From: the human T2T-CHM13v2.0 reference genome, Homo sapiens
DNA length: 64,000 bases
Strand: one strand, 5' to 3'
NCBI RefSeq assembly: GCF_009914755.1
Contig: NC_060939.1
Shown here: positions 14,524-29,913 of the stretch, piece by piece
Numbering within the stretch: the stretch's first letter is position 1
Layout: each line of letters opens with the position of its first letter
Made by a program: the position numbers and the translations under genes
The notes under the pieces: generated by a model
Seen by the model: the letters and a program-made list of their open reading frames with translations, nothing else
Databases searched by the model: none
Told to the model about the DNA's origin: nothing

Positions 14524-16086
14524 CAGGTATTTAGGTTTGATTGAAGTTTTTCACCATTACAAATTACTCTGTGATGACCACCTATATAATAACAGCTTAC
14601 TTTTTTTTGCATATTTCCTATGTGCCAGCCAATATGCTACATATTTCCTTAGAACAAATTCTCAAGAGATAGAATTACTGAGATAAATTTTGTGTTTTTT
14701 AAAGGTTTTCGATGCCCATTGCAAAGTTGCCACTCCAGAAGGTTTCCTCTGTGGCCACTTCTGAAGTACGCTCCACACTTCTACAATGGGAAAAACATTG
14801 ATGGCTGTATTACATGAAGACTAGCATTCAGCTATCAGTTCAGTAAGCACTCCCAAACAGTGGCTCATTCAAGAGACTTAGAAAAGATCTAGCACAATGC
14901 CCTGGCTGACGCATCATATCTTAGCAGCTATTGTTGCTAAAAGTAGCACTCCTGAGCGGTTGCTTCCAGGAAGGCCTATCCAAAATTCAGCCACAGGGAC
15001 TGTATTCTGTTTCTGGGAACTGGCACATTTCACATGCTGTCCCTTCTAGGGCCCACCAAGGCGTAGCTATCTCCGGTAGTCAAGGGAACACAGAGTAATG
15101 TGGAGATGCTTGGTCCAAGATCATTTTTTATAGAATTCAATATGAAAATGTTCTGATATCAGACAAAAAAATATATACACTGACCTATGTGCCCAGGTCA
15201 TAAAGAAATTAAAGCTAGACTAAAAAAATTTAATCACATAAGCATACTAGAGTGATCCAGTAAGCAAAAAAAGAAATGTTTTTTCTTCCATCCCTCTTTT
15301 CTTAGATTTTCAAGGAAGGAAATGTGTGGAGAACTCTGAATAATGTGTGTTACATTTTCATACGATATCTTAGCCTTCTAATGTGGGCAGGGACAGAAGA
15401 AATCATTTGGAGGGGTGGGATTTTTGTATATAGGACCAGTGTGAGATGCTTTTTGGCTACCTACACAGATATTTTTAGTATGACGGTCACAACCTATTAT
15501 AATGCTAGCATTAGAAAACAAAGCCACCTTGTTTTCAAAAACAAGGTTGATTTAATGAACATCACTACATGATCCAGGATCTATATACAAACAGTAAAAC
15601 GCAGAGCTATTTACCTCTAAATAAAGCAGAGTGAAACCACTTATTATCATGGAAGTGTAGAATTTTGATAATGGAATGGATTTTACATTTAATTGGCTTC
15701 TCAAATCCTTCTAAGACCATAGTAAGAGTAGGGACTATAAATAATTTCAATAGAGATTTAGTCCCTACTCTTATAAATGACGAAACTAAAGCACAGAGAA
15801 GTTAAAGTGAACTTCCGAAAGTCTCTTAGCCAGCAAATGGCAAGTGTGATGTCTCACTATAAACCATGACTGAATTTAGTGTCCATCCTTTTATTTTATT
15901 TTCTTCTTGGTTTTTCCAAATGGCTCCCAAAGAATTTGCAATCTTTACATATAAATGTTTTCCCTTGAGGCAAAGTAGTAGAAGGGGTATAATTTAAAAA
16001 TAAAAGTGTATTTTTTCCTCTCCACTTACAATGTGCCTCCCATATCTTGAAAATATCCGTATCCTTTCAAAAACCTTGTGTATGTT

Positions 16087-16405
16087 AGCCGGGTGCGGTG
16101 GCTCACGCCTATAATCCCAGCACTTTGGGAGGCCGAGGCAGGCGGATCACGAGGTCAGGAGATCGAGACCATCCTGGCTAACACAGTGAAACCCCGTCTC
16201 TACTAAAAATATAAAAAAGTAGCCAGGCGTGGTGGCGGGCAACTGTACTCCTAGCTACTCAGGTGGCTGAGGCAGGAGAATGGCGTGAACCCGGGAGGCG
16301 GAGCTTGCAGTGAGCTGAGATCATGCCACTGCACTCCAGCCTGGGCGACAGAGTGACACTCCGTCTCAAAAAAACAAAAACAAAAACAAAAACAAACAAA
16401 CAAAA
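16087..16405 (+). mobile_element. AluY with (CAAAAA)n tail
   Basis: AluY diagnostics; perfect 19-bp TSD aaaaaccttgtgtatgtta at 16069-16087 and 16406-16424. Confidence 0.96.
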
Positions 16406-16827
16406 AAAAACCTTGTGTATGTTAAATGTGTGTCTCATGACTGTGTGTCTATCAGAGCAAGCAATCTTTATGTAGATTTGTGAAAAGATAATGTGAGAGT
16501 CAACTGGCAGATGGGAAAGCAATGAAGGGGCAGAATGAAGGGGGTATTTTCTGAAGTTTTCAATAAGGAAGGTTGGAGACAGTGAGAAAAATGAAGCTGT
16601 TTGGAAGCTGTTTAGAAGATAGATCAGAAAATAATTTGTTTGACTTGAGAAGCAGTACAGTGTTTACTACTGCAGCCAACCTGAGCATCCGAAAGCAGGC
16701 CTGGCACGTAGCGAATGCTCAGTCAATGTCTGTTGAATAAAAGTACATGAGTCTGGCAGTAAGGAGACCTGGGATTTGGCTCTGGCTTTCTCCCTAGTCC
16801 TAGTCAACCCACCTTTCTGAGGCTTAG

Positions 16828-17238
<411 letters not shown>

Positions 17239-17239
17239 C

Positions 17240-17740
17240 TCCAATTTCTTTATCTATGTGGTTACAATGGGAACATGATACAAACCACCAAACTGGTAAA
17301 ATCTGACCCTGCCCAGATTGGGCAAGGTCATGGTCATGGTCAAAGTCGATTGATCGAGGCATAGGCACTCCCAAGCTGGGCTGATATGAATCTTTTACAA
17401 GGAACTTCAGAACTGGAGCTAAAAAGTATTATCAGCTTCTTTCTGGTAGCTGAAACTGAGGATATGCAAACCTACAACTGGTTGGTGGCCACCTTCCCAG
17501 TTTGATCTATGTGGTGAAAACGATTAATAGATAATGAGAGAGAAGAAAAAAGCAGACACAAAAAATAGAACAGAAAGACAGAAACAACTTTTAAATCCAT
17601 GATCCTGGTTGAATGTGATGCTCAATGTATCACTGCCCTTTATTTAATGAGAGGACTCAGAATCCATACATTAAATTTCCCACTAAAAAAATTACATTAG
17701 CCACTTAGCCAATAAATTATCTATTAGTTGAGATGAAAAC
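17240..17740. mobile_element. Probable old ERVL/MaLR LTR fragment
   Basis: Degenerate LTR-like motifs ending in agccaataaatt; family not resolvable by eye. Confidence 0.35.
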
Positions 17741-18106
17741 AGTTATATGCAATATATTCTACTATCTCTTTTGTTTCTAAAAGTTGAAGGTTTTAAGGAC
17801 TGTAAAGGCTGAAGGCATAGCCAGATAGGAACATTACACTTTGACAGAAAGCAATTTAACTGGAACTGACTTGAAAACAGAAGATGTTCTGCTGAAGGGA
17901 GATTTCCTAGAGTTAAGATCAAAGGCATATTTTTACATTGGGGAGTGAAATAAAGTATCATCTTACCTAAATGTGAAGGTAAATCATCTAGACAGAATGT
18001 ATATTATTTCTACAATCCTAGAAAAACTAAGAAGCAGATAGTATCCTCTGTCAGTATTTAAAATTTTTCTGTTTTGTTCATCATGAATTTTTATGTATTA
18101 ATTTGA

Positions 18107-18418
<312 letters not shown>

Positions 18419-18790
18419 TAATTTGATTTTTATAAAACATTGCATTAAAGTATTATTTATCTTCACTACCGAGTTTTTTGATCACCCTTTTACATTTTTA
18501 GCTTGAAGTAAGTCCGTCACTCATTTCATCTTAATCCTGAGCATTCCATCTGTACAAAAGTTCAAGGCAAGGGTACTGGTAAGAAGTGAAACAGGAGGAA
18601 ATTATAGAAGCTTTAGTACCTGTTAAGCCAAATTAAATAAAATAACTAAATGGTATATTTATAATTTGCCTTTCTGCACCTAATTCATGTCCCCAAGATT
18701 TCCTCACTCCATAGTAGAGTAGTTTTAAATTTTCAGTAGTGACCTCAGTATATATTTTGAACAATTACTGTGTAAGAAATACATGACAGG

Positions 18791-19083
18791 GGCCAGGCGC
18801 AGTGGCTCACGCCTGTAATCCCAACACTTTGGGAGGCTGAGGCGGGCGGATCACGAGGTCAGGAGATTGAAACCCCGTCTCTACTAAAAATACAAAAAAT
18901 CAGCTGGGTGTGGTGGCGCTCGCCTGTAGTCTCAGCTACTCGGGAGGCTGAGGCAGGAGAATGGCGTGAATCCAGGAAGCAGAGGTTGCAGTGAGCCGAG
19001 ATGGTGCCACTGCACTCCAGCCTGAGTGACAGAGTGAGACTCCATCTCCAAAAAAAAAAAAAAAAAAAACAGAAAGAAAGAAA
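18791..19083 (+). mobile_element. Alu (Y/Sc-like) with a left-arm internal deletion
   Basis: aggagat joined directly to tgaaacccc; TSD aagaaataca(t/g)gacag. Confidence 0.94.
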
Positions 19084-19739
19084 AAGAAATACAGGACAGA
19101 GATTAGAAGTACATTTCCTTCGGACTCTGAGGTAAAGACTTTTGTAATGAAATGCTGGAAAGCTTTCAGTCTTGTGCTGTGGGTCTGCCTTGTCACACCA
19201 TATTTTTATCCTGATGGATGACGAGGGAGCAGAAGACCCCCTCCTACCATATTGTACTATACTCATGGATGGGGGCCATATTCTCCTATTACTATTGTGT
19301 CATTTAGTTTTAAGTGTGGCTATGAACTGGAACTGACATCCAATACTGATATGACAAGAAGCTATTTCTAAGAGAGTTTCTGAAGAAGCACAGATAGGCT
19401 GGATCTCCTAGTCTGATGTATACAGTGAAGAAGAACTGACTCCAGTACTCAAGTGGTCTCTGAAAGGGGTGAAAAAACCCCAGGATGTACACAAGATGAT
19501 TTTAAGAAACAGAAATAAAATTTTAGAAATTTTATTTTTACTTGTTCTTTGTTGCTTTCATTTTTGAAATTTTATTTTGGAGTGTTTATAATGAACATAA
19601 TATTTTAACATAGCAATATATTTATATAACATAATCATGATTTCATTTAGGGGTATATTTTATAAATTACCAATAGAGATATAGCCCATTCTTCAATGTT
19701 GAGAACAAGGATAATGAGATTGACAGAATCGTATTATGT

Positions 19740-19920
19740 AAATATGCTAGATTTGGTTTGAGTCAGAAAACATGAATTAAAATCCTAGTCTGCCTTGTAC
19801 TAGCCTATATAAGCTTAGGCAAATAACTTGAGTGTTTAGTTTCCATATCTGCTAGGTGGGTATACGAGGCTTAAATAAAATCATGTACATAGGATTGAGC
19901 AGAGTATGTGGTATATAAAA
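19740..19920 (+). mobile_element. MIR
   Basis: tactagcctatataagcttaggcaaataactt...agtttccatatctg. Confidence 0.55.
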
Positions 19921-20410
19921 TTTTAAATAGTATATCAACTTCAGATACAATTATTAAGCATTTTTATATTCTTAGAATGTGACATAAATATATCACATTA
20001 TTATTATTAGACACATAAAAGAGACAACATTCAAATCTGTAAAGTAAGGTTTTTTTGAGATAAGGAATATTCATCCAAGTGTCTGAGTCTAATTATTGGG
20101 TAATAATTATTCCTTAGACAGTTTCAGTGGAATAAAGGTTTTCCCTTTTTTTCTTCTATTATTATCCCAACAACACCTGCTCAGTTTCATTTTAATCCAT
20201 AGCTTTATAAAGAGATACCCAAATAATATCATTCACAAAATCCTTTGGCAAAATATTCCTTGATCAGTGGTAGAAAACTCAGACAAGAAATTGCAAGCAA
20301 ATATATTGGCTTGGATCTTTATAAAACTTTTATTTTGTTGTTGTTGTTTTTTTTTTAAACCAATGGCCTAGGCTTAGGCCGGACAGGAAGGAGTTGGAAG
20401 GGAAAACAAA

Positions 20411-20712
20411 TTTTTTTTTTTTTTTTTTTTTGAGAGAGTCTTGCTCTGTCACCCAGGCTGGAATGCAGTGCTACAATCTCCACTCCCTGCAACCTCCGTC
20501 TCCCGCATTCAAGCAGTCCTCCTGCCTCAGCCTCCTGAGTAGCTGGGACTAGAGGCAAGCGTCACCAAACCCAGCTAATTTTTGTATTTTTTAGTAGAGA
20601 CAGGGTTTCGCCATGTTGGCTAGGCTGGTCTCGAATTCCTGACCTCAGGTGATCTGCCCGCCTCGGCCTCCCAAAGTGTTGGGATTACAGGCGTGAGTCA
20701 CTGCTCCTGGCT
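20411..20712 (-). mobile_element. AluS (Sx-like)
   Basis: Poly-T followed by Alu consensus. Confidence 0.95.
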
Positions 20713-20831
20713 AAGAAGAATTTGGTTGGAAAGAAAAGTGTCACCTGTCCTTGTATCTTTGTTAGGGAACAAATTCCCATGCCACCAGAGAGGAGCTTTC
20801 ACTTGAGCCTGGGTAGCGTTGCCTCATGGAA

Positions 20832-21032
20832 CAAGGTTTTTCATCTTTAGCACTGCCAACATTTCAATCAGATAATTTGTTGTTGCGAGGGGCTGTCTTT
20901 AGCAGTAACCCTGGCCTCTATGCACTAAATGCCAGCAGCATTCCCTCCAACCTTGCCAGTAGTGACAACTAAAAATGTTTTAGACATCACCAATGTTTCA
21001 TCACCCAAATTGTCCTCGGTTGAGAACCACTG
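20832..21032. mobile_element. MER20 hAT element
   Basis: ttagcagtaaccctggcctcta...gtgacaactaaaaatgt...ggttgagaaccactg. Confidence 0.8.
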
Positions 21033-21689
21033 TCATGGAGTGATCCTCATTACCTTCTCTACCGTGCACAAGATAAGGTGAGTCTAATGAATTAAGGAGA
21101 ACTTGAAATGCAAATCAGAATTCTATAATGTTTCTGCTATAATTTTTTTTCTATCTTATCTTTGCTATAATTTTTTAAGGGCACACTTTGTACATATGCC
21201 ACCGGCCTGTATTAAGCCTAAAAGCACAAATCAATGAGTATAGAGTTGATCCCATTTTGCTTTGTAAGAGTTCATCTTTTACAATTTTTGTCAGCCTTAG
21301 AAGTAAAGCAGGGGGAGATGCTAGGACAATATTCCCATATTAGAAGAAGTATGCCTATAGGTGGAGGGAAGGGGGTGGCTAGGCCAAAGACTAGGGAGGA
21401 TTAGGAAGACCAAATCCAAAATGCAGTGCATTTCATTAGTGCTGATATGAGCAAGCTCGAGTTAGTTGGCCATTGTGTTGGTGGCATGAGAAGTTTGGAG
21501 GGTAGTTGTCTCCATTTCTTTTTTATTGCCTCCCTTTTGTCTACATCTCTATTTTTGTTTCTTTTTCTCTTCTCTTATCCCTTACTTCTTTCTTTTCTCC
21601 CTTGTGCATCCTTGAGCATGTTATTTTTCTAGTTCCTTCCCCCTCTGTTGCTATTTTAGTCAAGCATTGGTCATGAAAGCCCAGCATCA

Positions 21690-21930
21690 TGGTTGTAAGT
21701 GGGGTTCCGGAACAAGATGGCCTGAGTTTGAATCAGAGCTCTGCTACTTTCTTGCTATGAAACCTTCTCAAGCATATAATTTAACCTCTATGTGTTTTCA
21801 TTTCCTTACCACTAAAATGGGGATGATATTAATAGTACCTGTCTCTTGGTCAGCAGTATTAACATATGTAAAGCGCATGGAAGGGAGGCTGTGGCAGGCA
21901 GTAAGCACCCAATAGATGTTAACCATTATG
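21690..21930 (+). mobile_element. MIR
   Basis: cctgagtttgaatc...aaaatggggatgatattaatagtacct. Confidence 0.8.
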
Positions 21931-22424
21931 ATTACCTTCACATCCCCTACCCTGCAGGGAAGAATGTGACCACACACTTTTATATAAAAGCATCTAGCAA
22001 CATTTGCCTGTTTGTATTTATTGAGAGAATTATTCTATATTATTGGTTTGGGAGAGGAGAAAGTTAGGCATCTGTTAACACTTTCAGGAATAAGGCTCAT
22101 TTAACACCTTTGTGCTGGGGAAAGTGCTGAGGAAACACTATGAACAAATGTACATTTTATAGTAATAGAAAAGAAGTAATTCCATTGAATTTCTCCCTAT
22201 AGTATGTGTATTGTTATTGCTAGTCTGAATATAATGTATGCAATATTTCTCTGTGGCTGGAGGGAAAGCAAACTTTAAAATTACATAAATAACAATAGAA
22301 TATTAAATATAGAAAATGAAATTTTGAAAAGCCTTTCTGAACAAGACTGTTATTTTTCACATATTATTTTTCTTAGAAAAGACAGTGAGCTACTGCTAAT
22401 ACTGTTTAATAAATGAATATTCTC

Positions 22425-22803
22425 TGTATTAGTCAGTTTTCACACTGCTATAAAGAACTGCCCTAGACTGGATAATTTATAAAGGAAAGAGGTTTAATTG
22501 ACTCACAGTTCAGCATGGCTGGGGAGGCCTCAGGAAACTTACAATCACGGCGGAAGGTGAAGGGGAAGCAAGGCACCTTCTTCACAAGGTGGCCGGAAGG
22601 AGAAAAGCAAGCAAGAGCAGGGAAGACTACCTCATAAAACCTTCAGATCTCGTGAGAACTCACTCACTATCACAAGAACAGCATGGGGAAACCAGCACCA
22701 TGATCCAATCACCTCCCACCTGGACCCACCCTCAACAGGTGGGGATTATGGGGACTACAATTCAAGATGAGATTTAGGTGGGGACACAGACCTAACCATA
22801 TTA
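22425..22803 (-). mobile_element. THE1 (MaLR) solo LTR
   Basis: tgtattagtc...aaagaggtttaattgactcacagttc...gtggggacacaga; 5-bp TSD ttctc/atctc. Confidence 0.9.
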
Positions 22804-22849
22804 ATCTCATTACAGTTACTTCACAACAACAGCTAATGGTATAGCTAAG

Positions 22850-23880
22850 GAAATTGAAGCAAAGAGAAATTAAGAAACAGGTAAATTAGGGAACTCACTG
22901 AAGAAGAAACATGAATAAAATTAAACCTAGTGATTAGGGAAACACAAAATAAAACAACAAGATACCATTTTGGTAGGGCATCACACTGGTAAAAAATGAA
23001 GAGATTGTTAATATCCACTTTGGGTGCACCTATAGAGTAAAAGGTACTCTTACACACTACTGGTTAAAAAATATTGGTTAAAAAAAGGAACAATGCTTTT
23101 CGGAGGGCAGTTTGGCATTATCTTTTATTATTTAAAATATTCATTCTCTTTGATGTAGCAATTTCACTTATATAAATCTTCCTGAGAGAAATCTTTGCCT
23201 TTACGTCCAAAGATAACTGTACAAGGATAATCATTGAAGAATTGTTTTTGTTTGTTTGTTTGAGACAGAGTCTTACTCTGTTACCCAGCCAGTGATCCTG
23301 GCTCACTGCAATCTCCACCTCCTGAGCGGGTTCAAGTGATTCTCCTGCCTCAGCCTCCTGAGTAGTTGGGATTACAGGTGCCCACCACCAGGCCTGGCTA
23401 ATTTTTGTATTTTTAAGTAGAGATGGGGTTTCACCATGTTGGCCAGGCTGGTCTGGAACTCCCAACCTCAAGTGATCCATCCACCTTAGCCTCCCAAAGT
23501 GCAGGCATGAGCTGCTGTACCTAGCCAAAGAATTGTTTTCAATAGAAATAACAAAATCTAAAACAATGAATGATTGATGTCCATTTGTAGACAGAAACAG
23601 ATAAATAGAAATAAATAACTTGTAGTATACCCACATTATGAAATACTATATAACCATTTAAAATAATGAATACTCATATAAAAATATACACAGCTTGTTA
23701 AAAAGTAGCATTATAATATGTAAAACTTGTGTTTATTATGTGTGTGTAAATATACGGAAAAGGATCTGAAATTATATACTTGTATTCTAAACAGCTAATA
23801 GTGGTCACCTTTGAGAAAAGTGGGATTGGAGTCCTCACTTTTACTCTGTACACTTTTTTATACAGTTCTAAGTTTTTAGG
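22850..23880 (+). mobile_element. Old L1M fragment interrupted by an Alu
   Basis: ctagtgattagggaaacacaaaataaaacaacaagataccatttt...gagggcagtttggca. Confidence 0.6.
23249..23526 (-). mobile_element. AluS with small internal deletions
   Basis: Alu consensus; TSD aagaattgtttt. Confidence 0.93.
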
Positions 23881-24069
23881 AGTACTTGGTTTAGTTATTA
23901 AATGAGCAAAAATGGCAATTTAGCAGTTTTGTCTTTGCACTTGGGGATTACTAGGGTTATATATGGAGAGTACATGTGGACTTTAAATTCCAATATATCT
24001 GATTTGAGCTAAGTATTGAGATTTCTTCATCTTGATATTATTTTGAGCCTTTTAAAAATTATTGTTTTG

Positions 24070-24373
<304 letters not shown>

Positions 24374-24573
24374 AAAATTATTCCTTTGAATTATACATGA
24401 CATAGGTGCACATAAGTGTCCGTTAAATTTCTGAAAGGCAACAGGCAATTTCTACCTATCAACAATACTAGACATTTGGGGAAGATAAAAGAGATCTTAG
24501 AAAGTAAGGCTACTGTTTTCTTAATCTGATATTCAGAGCAAACACTAAGAACCAAGAACACTTTTTGGAATAA

Positions 24574-25021
<448 letters not shown>

Positions 25022-26545
25022 TAGAATTAATAAAAAAGACAACCACTCTCAGTTCTTGGGTTGGGACTCAAACCAAGTGCATTATGTAAAAGATAATTTT
25101 CTCAGAGTATTTAGGTACTAAATTAGGAGGTTGCTGAAATAAGCCACAAAGGGCCCATGTAATAAAAAACTGCCAGAAAATATAATTGAAAACAAACAAG
25201 TCAGCTACATAAACATCCATTGGGTCACTGTGTGGTACCAAACAGATATTTTCCCAGGGAAAATGAAATAGGTGCTGGTGAAAAGGATAACATATTTAAA
25301 TAGGTTAAAGGTTGGGCAATGGCTATGACAGCTTAATTCTGATGGGGTTTCCTCTTCAGCCAAGTCCTAGCCTTGCCATATAAAAGTGTACCAAAAAAAA
25401 TATCCAAACACGTATCAAATCTCTCTTAGCTTCAATTGGCCCTTTGAAAGCTGAAGTTATACAAATAAGTAACAATTAGCATATTTTTTCTATTTACATT
25501 CTCCTTGAACACATGGTTAAGTCAATTTCAAGGACTGTTTTTCACTTCCTTGTTCTTGTTTATGTTTCACTATGATGCTTCACGGTAACTCATCTGCTGT
25601 TAATCCTCTACTTTGTGAAGCAAAATCAGTTTCTCCCATAGTAACTCTTATAGCACTTACCATGGTAATGGTAATTACCAATTTACACCTTTACTAGACT
25701 ATAAACTTCTTGAGTTTAAGAACTGCTTTCATTTCATCTATAATAAGAGCCTGGCAAATAAAATAAGTAAGTCAATAAATTAGTGTTGCTGATATAGATA
25801 TCTTCTGTGAGTTTATCAAAGATGGACCCTTTGAAAGTTGGACCTAAACACCACTCTCTAATGAATTCTAGATGGCTCTGATAGTTTTCTGAAGGTTCTT
25901 TCTATTGTTTATTGAGTACTGTTGGCTCTGTAAAATAGGATAAATATCAGGAGTGAAGGTGATAAGGAAAAGTCTAAAAAGAGCAAAACCAGGCAATAAT
26001 AATGGTTAGAATTAAATGAGTTACACTTCAAGTGATTTTCAAGAAAATTTGATATTTTAGATATATGAAAAGTAAAAATAAACTGGAATTACACATAAGT
26101 AGAGTTTATGAATCTGGATGAAACCATGTCAAAATTTCCATGCCATTTAAATGGATAGGAGCTCCAGAGACATAAATTCAAAATATAAACTAAGAGTTGT
26201 CCTACTAGAGTAATAAATTACTATTACCATAATAAAATAACATATAATAAGTGCCTATCTGACATCTCACTTTACAAGTTATTATACAAAATAATTTGTG
26301 TAATGAATGATAATATGAAATTTGAGACTTCATAAAATTTGGAAAGGATGGTTAGCTAAATACAGACATTAAACAAATACATAGTTAAGGACAGAATCAT
26401 GGAACTTATAAAGGATAATTGGAACTTATAAAGGATAATTACATTCCTAAGACATACTCTGGACCAAATAATTTAAGATTGCAGAAAGTAATTTTATTTT
26501 CCCAAATCAATTCCAAAAAGCTTTATGGAAAATATCGGGAGATAT

Positions 26546-26860
26546 ATAGTAACGTGTTACTTAAAGACAAGGATAAATTCTGAGAAATGCATTGTGAGGC
26601 AATTTCCTCTTTGTGTGAACATCACAGACTGTACTTAGACAAACCTAGATGGTATAGCCTGTTGCTCCTAGGCTACAAACCTGTACAATGTGTTACTGTA
26701 TTGAATACTGTGAGCAGTTGTTACACAATGGTAAGCGTCAATATTTGCATATCTAAACATAGAAATGGTACAATAAAAACGAGGTATTATAGTCTTATAG
26801 GACCAATGTCATATATGCAGTCCATCGTTGACTGAAAGTCATTATGAGGCATCTGACTGT
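26546..26860. mobile_element. Tigger3/MER7-type DNA transposon derivative
   Basis: ttctgagaaatgcattgtgaggcaattt...acaaacctagatggtatagcc...tgactgta terminus. Confidence 0.8.
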
Positions 26861-28293
26861 ACCTGAAATAAGCAAGAATAAGATAGGTAAAGACAGACTG
26901 TTCAAAATGCATGGCATCTTGGCAGGGGACCCAGAAGGAAGTCTGGGACGATCCAACAAAAGAAGGAAACTTGACATAAACAAAAATTGGCTAAAACCTA
27001 GGAGGCAATGAGGGTGTTAATTGTTTTAGGGCTTTTTGATAAAGAGCTTTAGAGTTGAAGGAGGCATTCTCTAGGATGAAGGAAAGCCAGTGTCTTAGGA
27101 TTTTAAATCTTATGGAAAATAAAAACATCTCTTTCTGGTGATGTAAGAACTGGCCAGATGTCACTGGACTGAAGCTTTTAGCATTTTTAAACCAGAAGAA
27201 GTTTTCCTTTGGGTGTGTATTCTTTATTTCTCTGTACAAAAGTACTAAAGATAATATCATAGATCTTCAGAACAGACACATTTGAGGATACTAATAAGAT
27301 TAGTGTCATTGGAGAAAAACGAGTTAATTTTATTACTTTTTATGGCATTTAGTCATATTGCAATTTATAGAATCTAAATGTTTCCTTCTGGTTCTATGTC
27401 TCCCTAGCTAGACTGTAAGTTTCTGGAAAGCAGGCCTCCTCCCTGTACCTAGAGTAGTCCTGTAGATTCTACCACCTACATATGTCTATAGTCATCTTCT
27501 TTCTAGCCCCATGAGCAATGTCCTCAGTTTTCTCCTGTATAGATGATTGCAACAGCCTTTTTACTGGTCTCCAAAATCTTACAGTATAGCAAGGAGACAT
27601 GGAAAACCAAATGGAAATATTTAAATAATATAAAATGTTATACAAACATATAAAAATATAATATATAAAAATAACTGCTATTTTTCCCTTGAATACTGAC
27701 ATTTTCTTTATAGCTCTCCTCCCACCTCTACCTATATTCTGACTTTGAATTATAACTATGAAACTGCACACACACACTGCCAACACAGAGGGCTGGAGGG
27801 GCCAATGTGGCATGAAAATGCAGGGTCTTTTGTTTTGTTTAGCTTTCTAAAATTATAGTGGACTACATGGAAGCTACAACAAAATGCAAAGTTTTAAGGT
27901 CTCCTGAGTGACTATGTAGAAACACCAGGCTTTACAGGTGCCTAATGAAGTGTGAAAAAGTCCAATTAAAGTGTGATGTTGCAGTGGGAAGAGGAGGGAA
28001 CCTTCAGGTAAGCTAGAGAGTTGAGGGCGGGAAGGCGGGGGGAAGACTTTTTTTTTTTTTTTTTTTTAGAAAAGCACAGAGATTTTAGAGAAAAGAGGGA
28101 AAGCAGGGAGCAACTGTTAAGGCCACAGTCCCCTGCCAGCACTGCAGGGAGCTACGGGTGAGCAGTGGGCTTAATCCAGAGATGAACAGAGACAAGGTGC
28201 TGAGTGGTCCAAGTCACAGGCCAGGAAAAAGAGGCTAAAGTAAAACAGGAATAAAAATCCTGTTTTGGGGTGGGGAGTGCAGAAAAAGGGCTA

Positions 28294-28708
<415 letters not shown>

Positions 28709-28714
28709 TTACAA

Positions 28715-28858
28715 TAGGGCTTCTTAAACTTTAATGCACAGATGAATCATACGGCGGTATTGTTAAAATGCAGATTCTAATTCAGGAAGACTGGAGTGGA
28801 GCCCAAGGGCCTGCATTTCTAACAAGCTTCCGGGTGAAGCTTTGCAGCTTTGAGTGGC
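28715..28858. mobile_element. MER5A
   Basis: tgttaaaatgcagattct...ctgcatttctaacaagct. Confidence 0.8.
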
Positions 28859-28899
28859 AAGGATATGCAATATTAAACATGAACACTTAAAACATTTTT

Positions 28900-29186
<287 letters not shown>

Positions 29187-29200
29187 AAAACATTTTTATA

Positions 29201-29498
<298 letters not shown>

Positions 29499-29784
29499 AA
29501 AACCATTTTTTAACAAAATAAACCAGTCAATGAATTTATGCTTCCCAGTATAGATATGTTCTGTAGGTTTATCAAAGACTTATACATCAAAGATAATTAT
29601 GAAATTATCCTCCCTTTTACCCTTAGTTAATGGCAATGAAGAGATGATCTACAGTGCCCCAGTTCACACTAATAATGTATTTGAGAGCATAATCCTTGTT
29701 ACATGTCTACTTTAATAACAAGATAACTACTTTTGTTATTTACAGCAACACATTTGCACATTCATGTGTCTAAGAAAACAACCC

Positions 29785-29913
29785 GTGATGACAGAAATGT
29801 TTTATATCTAGATTGTTCAATATGATAGCGACTAACCACTTGTGGCTATTGAGCACTTGAAACATGGCTAGTATACCTGAGGAATAAACAGCCACATATG
29901 GCTAGTGGTTACC
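29785..29913. mobile_element. MER3-type hAT fragment
   Basis: gtggctattgagcacttgaaacatggctagt...agccacatatggctagtgg. Confidence 0.75.

Noticed and set aside
20365-20380. Small hairpin ggccta-ggct-taggcc between two poly-T runs
   Set aside because: A 6-bp stem is expected by chance; no ncRNA or terminator context
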